Assembly (NCBI GenBank): GCA_965214615.1 | Contig: OZ243952.1 | Location: 2,573,734 to 2,637,733 of the forward strand | Source of the DNA: Arenicellales bacterium | GTDB taxonomy: Bacteria > Pseudomonadota > Gammaproteobacteria > Arenicellales > JAJDZL01 | DNA: 64,000 bases | Reading direction: 5' to 3' | Shown: piece after piece, positions 12,301-27,300 of the stretch | How positions within the stretch are numbered: position 1 is the stretch's first letter | Layout: every line of letters starts with the position of its first letter | Position numbers and translations under genes: made by a program | Notes under the pieces: generated by a model | Databases searched by the model: none | What the model saw: the letters and a program-made list of their open reading frames with translations, nothing else | Told to the model about the DNA's origin: nothing

Positions 12301-15300
12301 TGAACGCAAACGTCTTGCTCGTCTCGCCCGGGGCGAAAATTAAGGGGCGGGGAGGATAAGATGGCAACTGGAAGTCCTCAAATGATGCTGTACCGACATC
12401 TGGCGGGCAGTCATTCGAATCGGGCCCGGTGCAATTGAGCCTGCCAATGAAGAGACCGATTTCGATACTTCGGCTTGCTGGTTGGCTTAAAGTGAGCTTG
12501 ACTGCACTGCTTTCACCCTCAACAACAGTTGGAGCCTCAACCTTGAGCGTCGGAACAGGCGCTACGGCATCATTTACCTGTAAGTCGAAGCTGTGCAGTG
12601 CAGCATCTGCGTTGCGTCTGGCGCCGCCGCTGACATCCGTACGGCGAGAATCCGAGTCGAATTCCGTGTCTGAACCAAGGTTAAGCGTGAATATTTCGGC
12701 ACCCGCGTCGCCGCCTTCTGCAACATTGTCGATGCTCGTCTGAAGCAAAAGGGTTGCAGTTCTGGCACCCGAACCTTTAAAACGTACCACCTGGTTTCTT
12801 TCATCATAAGCAACTGCGGGCAAGTTGACTCCCAAGTTAATACTCGAACCAGACTTCTTGGACATAGACAAATCGTGCCACCAAAGTCTACCGCCACCAT
12901 TGATGCGCAGCGGCACATCAATAATCTCACCTGCGACCAACTCTCGAGACAGCGTTATTGTAAATTCGATTGACTCACCTTCATCGATGGCGCCCGAACC
13001 CACACGTGCGAGGCTCACCACCGTGGGATCATCGTCAAAGATCTCGACTGTTGCAGAAGCAACACTGCCAGTTGTGTAACCGGTGCCAGGATCTACATTC
13101 GCAATGATGGAGATCCCATGGGGTTTGTCCACCTCGTCGGTCGTCGTGCCAACGGCAAACGACGCTGTTCCTGCGCTGTTCCCCGATGCCGGAATGGTCA
13201 CCTGCCTGGCTCCGGCTTCGCCGTTTACGGCACCGCCGCCGATATCGTTCACCGTGATATCCACTGTGACATTGGAATTTGGCGTCGGTGTCGCTGTCAC
13301 TGTAAATGTCGCAGCCGTCCCTTCAGACACAGGTGACTTGCCAGCGGCAATGCTGATGTTCGGGTTCGCCGGGTTGTCATTGTCATGGATGTCGACATGC
13401 CAGTGAGGAATGCCGTTGTAGGTGCCATCGGAGGGCGTAGTGGAATCGATAACCGCTTCGTTTGACTCAAGGTCAAATATTCGAAACCAAAATCTCTCAG
13501 TCGATTCAATCGCGTTGTCGTCAATTACGCTAAACGAGATCGTCTTCGATGTCTGACCGGGGGCAAAACTCAGCGACACACCAGAAGTGAAGGCACCGGA
13601 AAAATCCTGAAAGCTTGCCGCATTCGAACCTTGGATGGTCGAAGCCCACACTGTAATGCCGATTGGTACGGTTGCCGCCTCACTCAAAGTGAGCTCAATG
13701 GTACCGGTCTCACCCTCGGCGATGGCCGGGATCTTAACGCTGAGCGTGGGTACAGCTGATGCAACATCGTTGACCGTAACATCGAAGCGATTCATCGAGG
13801 CACTCGCATTTGGCTTGGCCCCGCCACCGACATTCGTGCCAAGCGTGTTCGCACCAAACGCCGTGTCTGATCCAAGTGCAATTGTGAAATTTTCCGCACC
13901 GGCTTCACCGCCTTCCGATAGATGGTCGAATCGCGCCTCGAGCACCAAGGTTGCGGTTTTTGCTTTCACGCCTTCGAAACGCACCAATGGAATCGATGTG
14001 TTCGCAGCGGAAAGGCTGACACCGGTATTAAGACCCGAACCAGACTTTGCTGAAAGTCTCCAGTCGGACACAGTCACGCCCGAACCGCCGATATCGAGCG
14101 GAACATCGATAATCTCGCCTGCAATCAGCTCGCGCGCCGCGGTTACGGTGAACTCGACTGTTTCACCCTCTTTAATCGTACCTGTGCCTACCCGAGCGAG
14201 ACTCACCACCGTGGGATCACCATCTACAATCTCGACCGTCGCCGAGGACGCAGTACCCACCGTGTAGCCTGTGCCTGACTTTAGATCTGCGGTAACAGCA
14301 CCACTGATACTGCCAGTGGACTCGTCCACTGCGTCCGCAGCGGTTCCAATAGCCAGTGTTGCCGTACCGGCATTGGCCCCGGTTGCGGGGATGACCACCT
14401 GTTTCGATCCGGTTTGGCCGCTTGCAGCGACATTTTCAACATCGCTGACGCTCAGATTCACGGTGATATTTGCCGCCGGTGCAGGCGTAGCTGTCACCGT
14501 AAAGGATGCGTCCGTCTCCTCCGTTACAGGCGATGCGCCAGGGGCAATAGTAATGCTCGGATTTGCCGGATTATCATTGTCATGAATGCGGACATACCAG
14601 TACGGATTGGATCCGATTGTAAAGCCGTCAGCCGGTGTGTTCGAATCGATTGTCGCTTCGGTGGAATCCAGAGACCCTATCAAAAATTCGAAAATCTCTG
14701 TCGTTTCAGCCGCGTTGTCAGCGGTGGTCGCGAATGAAAGAGATTTGGTTATCTCGGCCGGTGCAAACGTTAGATTGACGGGTATTCGGGAAAAATTACT
14801 GGTAAAGTCCGAGTCATACTGCGCGGCTTCAGTACCTGTTGGGCAAGGCGGTATGGAAGCAGATGTACAAAGAGATTTGACGGCTACAACTTCAAATGGA
14901 ATTGATTTTTCTGCCGGTCGGCTCAAGGTGAGCACAATGGTTCCGCTGTCACCCTCGATCACCGTCGGAATGTCGACCTTGAGTTTCGGCACGGCCAACC
15001 CTTTGATGTCATTGACCTTAATGTCAAAACGGTTCTTCGAAAGTGTCGAATTCGGGTCAGCGCCACCGTCAACATTGGTCCCGAGCGTATTTGCATCGAA
15101 TGCCGCATTCGAACCAAGTGCAATCTCGTAGGTCTCCAGATTCGCTCCACCGCCCTCTGCGGTGTTGTCAACTTTAGCCCCTAATAACAACGTTGCAGTT
15201 TGCGCTCCCGCGCCCGAAAATCGCACAACTGATGACGAAGTGTTGGCCGCTGGCAGACTGACACCTGTGTTTAGGCCCATTGCGGGATTCTCACCCACAA

Positions 15301-18300
15301 ACCAGTCAGCGGCAGTTACGCCTGTACCGCCGATTTCGAGTGGCACATCGATAATCTCACCTGCAAGCAGGGTACGGGACAACGTTACCGTGAACTCAAC
15401 TGTCTGACCCTCATCCATGGCACCTGAGCCTGTTCTCGCCAGAGTTGCAATCGTCGGATCAGCATCAGTAATGGTGCCGGTGCCATCCAGGGTAGCTCCG
15501 CCGCCGGTTAATTTTGCATTGACTGGGTTTGAAAGCTGCACCGCTACAGTCTCATCCGCGGTCTCGTCAATGTCATCGTCGAAAACAGTGATGTCGATGT
15601 GCTGAGTCGTCTCACCCGCACTAAAGGTCAGTGTTCCGGCAGTCAGCGGTTTATAGTCAACTCCTTGGGTTGCCGTTCCACCGGAAATCCCGGCATAATC
15701 GACGGTCACTTCCTTGCCGCCCACCGGGGCAAGTGTGACCGTGTACCGCAATGTCGAAGTAGCGCCGTTTGTACCTTCGGCAACACTGGGAGCATCGATG
15801 GACAGCGCCGGTTCATCATCGTTGTCAACAATTGAAAAGGTCACAGTGCCTGAACCGGCGGCGCCGCCATCAAGGTTCGTGCCTGAATTGGCATCCAGGG
15901 TGGCTAAATCTATTGTCACCGACTCGAGTTCTTCGTCGGATGAGTCGTCAATTGCACGAAGGCCGAGTATCCCAAGCTTCGAAGTTAGAGGCAAGTTGGT
16001 AAAGATGATGGTCGGCGGTTTGTTGACAGGATCATCACTCGCAAGATTCTTGAAGAAAACAACTGGGGAATCACTTGAACCCGAGCTTGCGAAGTTGTAA
16101 TCCGTGGTCAATTCGTAATCACGGCCGAAGACAGCATCACCTGAAAAGACCAGTGGTATCTCAAGCGCTTCATCACCTGTAAGTACACGGCTAAGCTCGA
16201 CTGTAAAATTCGTTCTTCCGCCACTTGTGCCTCCCAGCTCGGTAATTGTGGCTCCAACCGGAGACGAAAGCGTCACCTCAATCGGATCGTTGTCAGTAAT
16301 CTCAATGCTGTGACTAGACAGGTTGCCAAGTTTGGCGTGTTCGTCTGCAGTGATATCTACGGTGAACGATTCTGCCAGTTCATCGTCAGCATCATCAGTA
16401 ACAGTTACAGTGACATCCTTGCTCGTATCGTCTTTAAGGAAAATAAGGTCTGTACTCTTGATCAAAGTGAAATCACTATCGCCCGTCGCAGTTCCGTCAA
16501 CGGTTTTATAGCTGAGCTGAGCATAGAGTAGCGTGGTACCGGTCTTTTCGACGGTGAGCGTCAACGTACCATCATCTTCGGCTGCGACGGCAGAGGATGT
16601 CGAAAATTCAAAACTTGGCACATCATCCTCATCGTTAATGGTGCCAATGGCTGATTTCGCACTTTGGTTTATGCTGAAGTGATTGGTACTGTTGAGTGTC
16701 AACGTAAAATAATGATCGCTCTCGTAGATCTGATCACCTGTCGTCGCAATGCTCACGGTTCCGCTTCGCTGGCCTTGGGCGATGGTGAGCGTCGCACTAC
16801 TCGCCGCCGTATAGTCTGAACTTGTCGCAACCTGATAGGCCGCGTCTGTCGACTCGCCGCGTCCGTCCGATGTCGAATAGACAATGTCCACACCCCCGCC
16901 TGGCGCTGCCTGCGGAAGCGTCACAGTGAATTCCACCGCATTGCCCTCTTGTGCGCCTGCGTCGGTCACACTGATGCCGGCATCATCATTCAAAATCGGT
17001 ATGGCAGCCGAACCGGTGGCATTGATACCGCCCGACAACCCTGACGAAGAAGGCGCCCGGGCGCTTGTTCCGTAGGCAATGTTCAGCGTGCGAGCCATCT
17101 GGTCGCTGTTGTCAACCGCAGTGAATGTCAGTGTCGCGGTCCTTGCACCTGAACTTGAGAAAATCACTGCCGGATTCTGGGCGTTGTGCGGGCTTTGCGT
17201 ATTGAGCGTGACACCGGTGCTGCCATCTGTCAATACATAGGTGTAGTGTGTGGTTGCCGTTGCACCGGTCACCGCAAGCGGAACCGTCACACTTTCCCCC
17301 GCAACCAATTGCCTTCCAAGCGTCACTGTCACATCTGCCGTACCGCCGTCCTCGGCAACCGCACCTGAACCTGAACGCGCAAGCATCACAGTTGTGGCAT
17401 TGTAGTCCTGAACTTCAATGGTCGCCGACGATGTCGCAGTAGCTACCGTATAGCCACTGCCTGAGTTCACGGTCGCGAGGATAGCACCATCCGGCTCATC
17501 CACAGCATCGGCAACTGTGCTGACAATCAGTGTCGCAGTGCCTGCATTGCTGCGACCAGCTGCGGGGACGGTCACTTGCTTGGAACCGATTCCACCGGCC
17601 GCAGTGACATTGCCACTTTCACCGACTGTGACACCGACAGTAAGATTTGTCGTCGGCGCAGGCGTTGCCGTCACTTGAAATCTCGCATCCGCCCCCTCCG
17701 TTACAGGTGAAGCGATAGGGGAAATGGTAATGTTGGGATTCGCCGGGTTGTCATTGTCCAGGATGCGGGCTTGCCAGTGATCACGCACATCCGTAACATC
17801 TGGCGGCGTACTGGGATCGAACGCAACTCCCTTAGAATTGAAGAGATCTATCCAAAGGTCAAAAACCTCAGTCGGTTCGACTGCACTGTCATCGGTGGTC
17901 GTAAAGGAGAGTGACTTTTTCGTCTCACCAGGAGCAAACTTGATATGAAACTCGTTGGGAAACCTGGCGTTAATCTGGCTTGGTTCTGGTTGCATGGTAA
18001 AGTCAACATCGGGTGTCGCAGGTTTCGTACCCGCTGGACACGGGGCTGTGGTACTAATACCGCAAACCCTTACATTGACTATGGGTGCGATTTGCTTATC
18101 CATTGGTCGATTTAAAGTAAATTCAATAGCACCGCTGTCACCCTCGGTGACAGTTGGAACCTCAACTTTCAGCAACGGCAAGGCAGATCTGTCGTTAACC
18201 GTCACATCGAAGCTGTTCAATTCACCAGCCGTGTTCGGGTCTGCACCGCCGCCGACATTGGTGCCAAGTTTGGAATCATCAAATGCAGTGTTCGCACCGA

Positions 18301-21300
18301 GTGCAATCGTGTAAGTCTCCTGATTCGTTCCGCCGCCCTCCGCATGATCGTCGTGTTTCGCCTCCAAAGTCAGCGTCGCAGTCTTAGCTCCGACACCCTC
18401 AAAACGCACCACTGGCGTAGAAGTGGTTTCCCCGTATAGTGTGACACCGGTATTGAGACTCGCGCCAGCCTTCTTGGACAAACCCCAGTCGGCCGGTGTC
18501 ACACCCGCACCGCCAATGTCGAGTGGCACATCAATAATGTCACCGAAAATCAGCGTCCGGGCGAGTGTTACCGTGAACCCAACCGTCTCGCCCTCATTAA
18601 TGGCGCCTGAGTCTGTTCGCGCAAGGCTCACCAAGGTCGGATTACCGTCACTGATTGTGCCTGTGCTGTCCAAAGTTACACCGCCACCTGTCAATGTTGC
18701 ATTGACCGCAGATGAAAGTCGCACTGCTACAGTCTCGTCGATGCTTTCGTCAACGGAATCATCGAGGACGGTAATATCGATGTATTTGATCGTCTCGCCC
18801 GCGGCAAAAGTCAGTGTTCCGGCGCTAAGCGCTTCGTAGTCGACTCCCTGAGTCGCCGTGCCGCCTGAAATTTCGGCGTAGTCGACAGTAACGCTGCGAG
18901 TACTGGCGGGCGTGAGAGTCACCGCAAATCGTAAACTCGCATTACCGCTATCGGCGCCCTCAACAACACTTGGCGAATCAATGGATAGCGTTGGGTAGTC
19001 GTCGTCTGTAATTTCGAAGATCACCGTACCTGAACCGGTTGCGCCGCCGTCGAGGTCCGTGCCCGAACTCGCATTGAGAGTTCCCAGACTGACCGTTAAC
19101 GATTCTGAATCCTCCTCGACAGTATCTTCGATGGGTTCGAGGGCTAGAGAAGCAAGACGTAAGGCACCTGCCACGCCGGTAAAGACAATAGTCGGCGGCT
19201 TATTGACATGATCGGTGCTGGTAAGATTCAAGAATTGAACACCTTTGGGAATCACACTCCCGGAATGCTCTGTAATTTCGGTGCTAAGGGCGTAATCGAT
19301 ACCAAAATCGGCATCACCTCCAAAAGCAAGCGGCACAGCGAGCGTCTCGTCATCCCTGAGAGTGCGACCTAACTCGACTGAAAAAGTGGCTAGTTGACGA
19401 GGAGCCGACTCACCGAAGGACTTATTAGCTGCAGACAGTATCGTGACCTGAGTCGCATCGTTGTCCGTAATTTCGATTGTGCGGCTGGATGTGCTCCCTA
19501 GGCGAGCGTGAGTGCCTGCGATCAGATCCACGGTGAACGTTTCTGTCGGCTCATCATCAGCGTCATCACTGAGACTCACAGTGATGTCCTTGCTGGAATC
19601 ATCCTTGCCAAAAACAAGGTCTGCACGCTTGATGGCGGTGAAGTCAATATCCGACGTTGCGGTTGCGGCGACCGTAGTATAGCTAAGCGTTGCATCCACC
19701 AGCGTTGTGCCAGTCTTTTGCACAGTGAGTGTCGCCGTACCATCACCTTCGTCTACAGCGCTGGAAGATGTCGAAAATTCAAAACTTGGCACATCACCTT
19801 CATCGGTAATGGTACCAATGGCTGAATTCGCACTTTGGTTTAAGCTGAAGTGATTGGTGCTGTCGAGCGTCAACGTAAAAAAATGATCACTCTCGTAGGT
19901 CTGATCATCTGTAGTCGCTATACTCACGGTGCCGCTTCGCTGACCTTGAGCGATGGTCAGTGTTGCCTCGCTTGCCGCCGTATAATCTGAACTTGTCGCA
20001 ACCTGATAGGCCGCATCTGTCGACTCGCCGCGACCGTCCGATGTCGAATAGACAATATCCACACCCCCGCCTGGCGCCGCCTGCGGCAGTGTCACGGTGA
20101 ACTCCACCGCACTGCCCTCCGGCACGCGGGCACCGGTCACACTGATTCCGGCATCGTCGTCGACAATGGGCACGGAGACGGATCCGTGCGTACTGACACC
20201 ATCAGAACCCCTCGAAAATAAAGGTGCCCGGGAACCGGTCCCAAAATTTATGACAATCGTGCGGGCACTTTGGTCGTTATTATCAACTGCGCTAAACGTT
20301 AGCGTTGCAGTGCGTGCATCAGCACCTGAGAACCTCACTGCCGGATCTTGACTGCTGTGCAGGCCGCTCGTTTCAAGATACACGCCGGTGTCATCTTCAC
20401 TGAGGATATAGCTGTAGTGGGTTGTCACCGATGCACCCGTTACTGTAAGCGGCACCGTCACACTTTCCCCCGCAACCAGTGCTCTGCCAAGCGAGACAGT
20501 CACATCAGCCATGCCACCGTCCTCGGCAATGCCACCTGAACCTGTACGCGTGAGTGTGATAGTTGTTGGATCGTCGTCGTCAACCTCAACTGCAGCCAAG
20601 GATGCTGCACTGACCGTATAGCCGGCACCCGAATGCAAACGAGCGGTAATGGTGCTAGTGGACTCGTCCACTGTATCAGCAACGGTGCTGACAGTTAATT
20701 TCGCGGTGCCTGCATTCAGGCTGCCCGAAGCCGGAATTTGCACCTGCTTCGAGCCGGTCGAACTATTTGCTGCGACATTGCCGGTTTCGCTCACCGTGAG
20801 ATTCACGGTAGTATTTACACTAGGTGCCGGTGTTGCAGTCACTGTGAAAGCCGCATTCGTCCCCTCGGTCACCGGTGATGCGTCAGGAGTGATGGTGATG
20901 TTCGGGTTCGCCGGGTTGTCATTGTCCAGAATGCGAACATGCCAATAAAAATCAATATCCGAAAAGTCAGGCGGGGTGCTCGGGTCGATCGTAGCTTCCA
21001 AGTTGTTGGGCATGCCCATGAAAAATAGGAAAACCTCTGTCGATTCAATCGCATTGTCATCAATCGTTGTTAAGGGGATCGACTTTTTCACCTGACCCGG
21101 CTCAAACCTCAGCGTGAAAGTCGATGGTACACCGACAAAGTCGATGTCCAATTCCGCACGTTCAGTACCCGTCGGACACGGAGGGCTGTCAAAAAGATTG
21201 CAAACCCAGAAAATATAATTGATCGTAACAGGCTTGGTCGATGCTCGGCTTAGGGTGAGATCAATCGTACCTTGGTCCCCTTCGGTGACGACCGGCACAT

Positions 21301-24300
21301 CAACCCTGAGCGTCGGTGGAATTATCGCGGCATCATTGACCGTGACATCGAAGCTGTTCCTAGCACCACTTGAATGCGGGTCAGCACCGCCATCGACATT
21401 GGTGCCAAGCGTGCTTGCATCGAACGCTGAATTCGAACCAAGTGAGATCTCGAATATCTCCTGATTCGCCGAGCCGCCTTCTGCAGTATTGTCAATCTGT
21501 GGCTCCAAAACCAGTGTCGCAGTCTCGGATCCAGCATTCGCAAAACGCACTACCGGCGATAAGGAGTTCTCGCCGGAAACAGTAACACCGGTGTTAAACC
21601 CCGTACCGGACTTCGCAACCAGCGACCATTCGGACGCGGTTACGCCCGTACCGCCGATCGTGAGCGGAACATCAATGATCTCATCTGCGATCAACGACCG
21701 GGACAGCGTTACTGTAAATTCAATCGTCTCGCCTTCGTCAATAGCCCCGGATCCTACGCGAGCAAGACTCACCACCGTGGGAGTGTCGTCTTTCATCTCG
21801 ACTTTCGCCGATGATAAAGTGCCCACTGTATAGCCGGTGCCTAAATCAACAGTCGCAACAATAGCACCTGCTTGACCAGGCAACTCGTCCAGCGAGTCGG
21901 CGACAGTGCCAACACTGAGTTGCGCGCTACCTGCGTTAAGACCAGACGCTGGAATGACTACCGACTTTGACCCGGTTTGGCCACTGGCCGCAGAGTTACC
22001 GACATCACTTACAGTAATATCCACCGTGAGGTTCGCTGTTGGCACCGGTGTCGCGGTGACCGTGAAAATCGCAGGCGATCCCTCCGCCACCGACGTGCCG
22101 GGAGCGATGGTGACATTCGGGTTCGCCGGATTGTCGTTGTCCAAAATTCGAATGAACCAGTAGGATTCAGCCGAAACAGTGCCGTCGGGCGGTGTCGTCG
22201 AATCAATTGCCGCTTCGGTAGAATTCAGATTGGCAAGGCGAAACACAATGACTTCAGTCGACTCAATTTCGCTGTCATCAACCGTTGTAAGCGAGTATGT
22301 CTTGAACTTCTCGCCCGGGGCGAACGTCACAGTGGTTGATGACTGAGGCGCATCAGTAGAATAATCCGAGGAATCGCTCGCGTCTTTGGCACCCTGTGGA
22401 CAGGGGATGCCTACAGAGCACCGGCTTGTTGAAAGATCTATGGAAATCGACTGACTTGCCGCCCGGCTCAATGTAAGATCAATGGTGCCGTTCCCACCCT
22501 CGGTGACAGTTGGGACCTCGACCTTGAGCGTCGGTGTCGCCGACCCTATGATGTCATTGACCGCGATGTCGAAACTGTTCATTGCGTCAGTCGTATGCGG
22601 ATCAGCGCCACCACCGACATTGGTACCCAGCGTGCCTGCGTCGAACGCTGCATTCGAACCAAGTGCAATCTCGTAGGTCTCCAGATTCGTTCCACCGCCC
22701 TCGGCAGTGTTATCAATCCTTGCTCCCAATACCAGCGTCGCAATTTCGGCTGCTCCATTTTCAAATCGCACCACAGGTGAGGAAGTGCCGGTGCCAAGTA
22801 GGCTGACACCTGTATTTAGGCCAGTGCCGGGTTTGCGACCTAGAAACCAGTCGCCCGCGGTTACGCCTGTACCACCGATGTTCAGCGGCACATCGATAAT
22901 CTCGGCGGCAATCAGTGCACGGGACAGCGTTACCGTAAACTCAGCCGTCTGCCCCTCGTCAATGGCACCCGAGTCTATTCGCGCAAGACTCACCACTGTC
23001 GGGTCGTTGTCAGTTATAGCGCCGGTGCCGGCAAGTGTGACACCACCGCCGGCAAATGTTGCATTGACTGCATTTGAAAGCCGGACTTTCATCGTCTTGG
23101 TGATTGACTCATCAAGGGCATTGCTGTCAAGAACCATTACATCAATATGTTGTGTTGTCTCACCTGAAGCAAAAGTCAAGGTTCCGGAAGTCAGCGCTGT
23201 GTAGTCGACTCCTTGAGTAGCTGTACCACCGGTAATCTCAGCATAATCGGCAGTCACCTCCTTGCCACTCGCCGGCGTGAGCGTTGCCGTGAACCGCAAA
23301 GTGTTTCCTTCACCGGCACTCGGTGAATCAATGGACAGCGCCGGTTCATCATCGTTGTCTGTTATTGAGAAGGCCACGGTGCCTGAACCGGTCGCGCCGC
23401 CGCCGAGATTCGTACCTGAATTCGCATCCAGAGTGCCCATACCCAGTGTCACCGACTCGTCTGTCTCGTCGAACCTGTCGTTGACAGCTCGTATTGAAAG
23501 CGTTGCACGCCGCGAAGCTCCAACCGGGCCGGTAAATACAATGGTCGGCGGCAGGTTTACAATGTCAGCACTCGAAAGATTCTTGTAGCTGACTCCCTTA
23601 GGGATGAAGTCATCTGCCCCACGTGTGTAATTGGTACTTAATATGTAATCTGTGAGAAATTCGGCAGCCCCTCCAAATATGAGTGGCACCTCCAGCGTTT
23701 CATCGCCTTCGAGCGCACGGCCAAGCTCGACTGTGAAATTCGCTCTTCCGCCACTTGTGCCTCCCATCTCGGTAATTGCGGTTCCAACCGGAGACGTAAG
23801 CGTTACCTCGGTCGCATCGCTGTCGGCAAGCTCAATACTGTGGCTGGTCGTGGTGCCAAGCTTGGCGTGAGCATCAGCGCCAAGATCCACGGAAAACGCT
23901 TCCGCCGGTTCATCATCATTGTCATCAGTGAGTGTGACAATGATGTTCTTGCTCACATCATCCTTACCGAAAATAAACTCCGTCTTCGCAATTGCAACAA
24001 AATCACCGCCGCCTATCGCAGTACCATCAACGGTGGTATAGCTGAGCGTCGCATCCACCAATGTAGTGCCGGTCCTGGCAACGCTAAGCGTCACCGTACC
24101 GTCATCTTCGGCCGCAGTGGTAGAGGATGTCGAAAATTCAAAACTCGGCACATCATCCTCATCGGTAATGGTGCCAACCGCGGAACTCGCGCTTGAGTTC
24201 AAGCTGAAGGGGTTCGCGCTGGCAAGTGTCAAGGTAAGATAATGATCACTCTCGTAGGTTTGGTCATCGCTCGTCGCAATGCTCACGGTGCCGCTTTTTT

Positions 24301-27300
24301 CACCTTCGGCAATAGTGAGCGTCGCACTGCTCGCCGCCGTATAGTCTGCTGCGCCGGTTGCAACCTGATGGGCCGCGTCTGCCGACTGTCCGCGTCCGTC
24401 CGATGTCGAATAGACGATGTCCACACCCCCGCTTGGCGCGGCTTGCGGAAGAGTCACGGTGAATTCCACCGCATCGCCTTCCGGCGCGCTCGCGTCGGTC
24501 ACGCCCACCCCCGCATCGTCGTCTAAAATGGGCACGGACACAGACCTACCCGGGCTGATGCCACCCGAAAGCCCTGACGAGGATGGTCCGAATTGCACTC
24601 CCCCTGTCCCAAACCTGACAAGCAGCGTGCGCTCTGTCTGGTCATTGTTATTGACAGCGGTGAATGTGAACTTTGCCTGTTTCGCTCCTGCGCCTGTGAA
24701 ATTCACTACCGGATTGTCGGCGAAAAATGGAAATTCATCCGTATAAAGAGTCACACCCGTACCGCCTTCGAATACGTAAGTGTAGTGGGTTGCGTGTGTC
24801 GCGCCCGTAAACACGACCGGTGCTCTCACACTTTCTCCAGCGACCAGTGGTCTTCCAAGCGTTACGGTGACATCCACCGTACCGCCGTCTTCAGCAATGC
24901 CCCCTGAACCTGAACGCGCAAGTGTCACGGTTGTGGCATCGTTGTCTTGAACTTCAACCGTCGCCGAAGGGGGTTTGCCCACCGTATAGCCGCTTCCTGA
25001 GTCTACCGTCGCGACGATAGCGCCATCGAGTTCATCAACTTTGTCATCATCCGTACTGACAGTCAGCGTCGCTGTGCCCGCGTTTTGGCTGGTTGCAGAC
25101 GGTATGGTCACCTGTTTGGAACCGATACCGCCAGCGGCAGTAAAACTACCCGCCTCGCTGACCGCGACATCTACAGTGAGATTTGCCGTCGGTGCCGGCG
25201 TTGCTGTCACTTGGAAACTCGCGTCCGTCCCCTCGGTCACCGGCGATGTGCCAGAAGAAATGGCAATGTTGGGATTCGCCGGGTTGTCATTGTCCAGGAT
25301 AGCAGCATGCCAATGAGGATAATCCACTGAATCATCAGGCAGTGTACTCGGATCGATCTCAATTTCGTTCGCATTAAAATCACCGAATAGCAAAAGGTAA
25401 AAGATCTCAGTCGATTCGACTGAACTGTCATCGGTCGTCGTATAGGGGATTGACTTTTTCGTCTCACCGGGGGCAAACCCGACTAGAAGTGGCGGATACC
25501 TTGCTTGCACGGAAAAGTCAACGTCAAGCGATGCAGGTTTCCTACCCGGTGGACAAGGAGAGGTATAACTTGTACCGCATTCATCAATTCCAAAATTAAA
25601 CACTAGTCTCTTATCCGCCGGTCGACTCAAAGTCAGTTCAATAGCGCCGCTTTCACCCTCGGTGACGGTTGGGATATCAATCCTAAGTGTCGGCTTGACC
25701 GACCCTGTGATGTCGTTCACTACGACTTCGAAACTGTTCATCGCAGCACTTGCGTGCGGATCGGCACCGCCGAGAACGTTAGTGCCAAGCGTATTGGCAT
25801 CGAAATCTGCATTCGACCCCAGTGCGATCTCAAAGGTCTCCTGATTCGCTCCGCCACCCTCTGCGGTATTGTCAATCTTAGCCCCTATCAACAATGTCGC
25901 AATTTGCGCTCCCGCACCTTCAAAACGTAGAACCGGCGTCATAGTGCCTGTGTTGGAAAGACTGACACCGGTATTAATCGCCATTCCGGATTTCGTTACC
26001 AGGGACCAGTCTGCCGTTGTCACACCTGTGCCGCCGATTTTCAGTGGCACATCGATAATCTCACCCGCAATCAACGTCCGGGCCAGCGTTACCGTGAATT
26101 CAAATGCCTTGCCCTCATCAATGGCCCCTGAGCCTGTTCGCGCAAGACTCACCACTGTCGGGTCGTTGTCAGCAATGGTTCCTGTGCCATCGAGCGTATT
26201 GCCGCCGCCCATAAGACTTGCATTGACTGCATTTGAAAGCTGAACTTTCATCGTCTTGCCGATTGACTCGTCAATGGTATTGCTGTCAAGAACCGCTACA
26301 TCAATATGCTGTGTCGTCTGCCCTGGAGTAAAAGTCAAAGTTCCGGCTGTCAACGCAGTGTAGTCCACTGCTTGAGTTGCTGTACCACCAGCAATCTCAG
26401 CATAATCGACAGTAACTTCCTTGCCACTCATCGGCGTGAGCGTTACCGTGAACCGCAAGGTGCCGCCCTCGGCAGCACTCGGGGCATCGATGGACAGTAC
26501 CGGCGAACCACTCCAGTCGTTGATTGTAAGGCCTACAGTGCCTGAACCGGTCGCACCGCCGCCGAGATTTGTACCGGATTTCTCGTCCAAAGTGCCTAAC
26601 TCAACTGTCAGTGACTCATCGTTTTCATCGATATCATCAAATCGGATATTGATAACAATCGAAGCGCTGCGCACCGCGTTGTCCTCACCTGAAAAAACAA
26701 TGGTTGGCGGATTGTCCGTAAGGTTTGTGCTCCCAAGATTCATAAAGCGAACACCCGGGATTTTTGAACCGAATGCCGAAACCCAATAATCCGCGCCAAA
26801 CGTCGCAGCGCCTCCAAAAACAAGCGGTACAGCCAATGTCTCATCGCCTGTGAGCGCACGGTTAAGTTCTATGGTTACAGCATAGTTTCGATCGGTTTCC
26901 CCCGTGTTGATGCCATCAAATCTCGATGAGAGCGTCACCTCGGTCGCATCGTTGTCGGTAATCTCGATGCTGTGACTGACTGTGCTGCCAAGCTGACTGT
27001 GGGCATCTGCACTGAGCACCGCGCCAAACGCCTGAACCGGTTCATCTGCCGTATCATCGACAAGGCTTACTGTGATATCTTTGCTCACATCGTCCTTGCC
27101 AAATACGAGTTTCGCATCTTTGATTGCAATAAAATCGCTGCCGCCTGTTGCAGTATTGTCGACCGTGGTAAAGTTAAGCGTCGAATCTAGCAGTGTGGTA
27201 CCGGTCTTCTCAACGGTCAGCGTCAGCGTCCCATCACCTTCGCTCGCAGTGGTAGAGGCTGTCGAAAATTCAAAACTTGGCACATCATCTTCATCGGTAA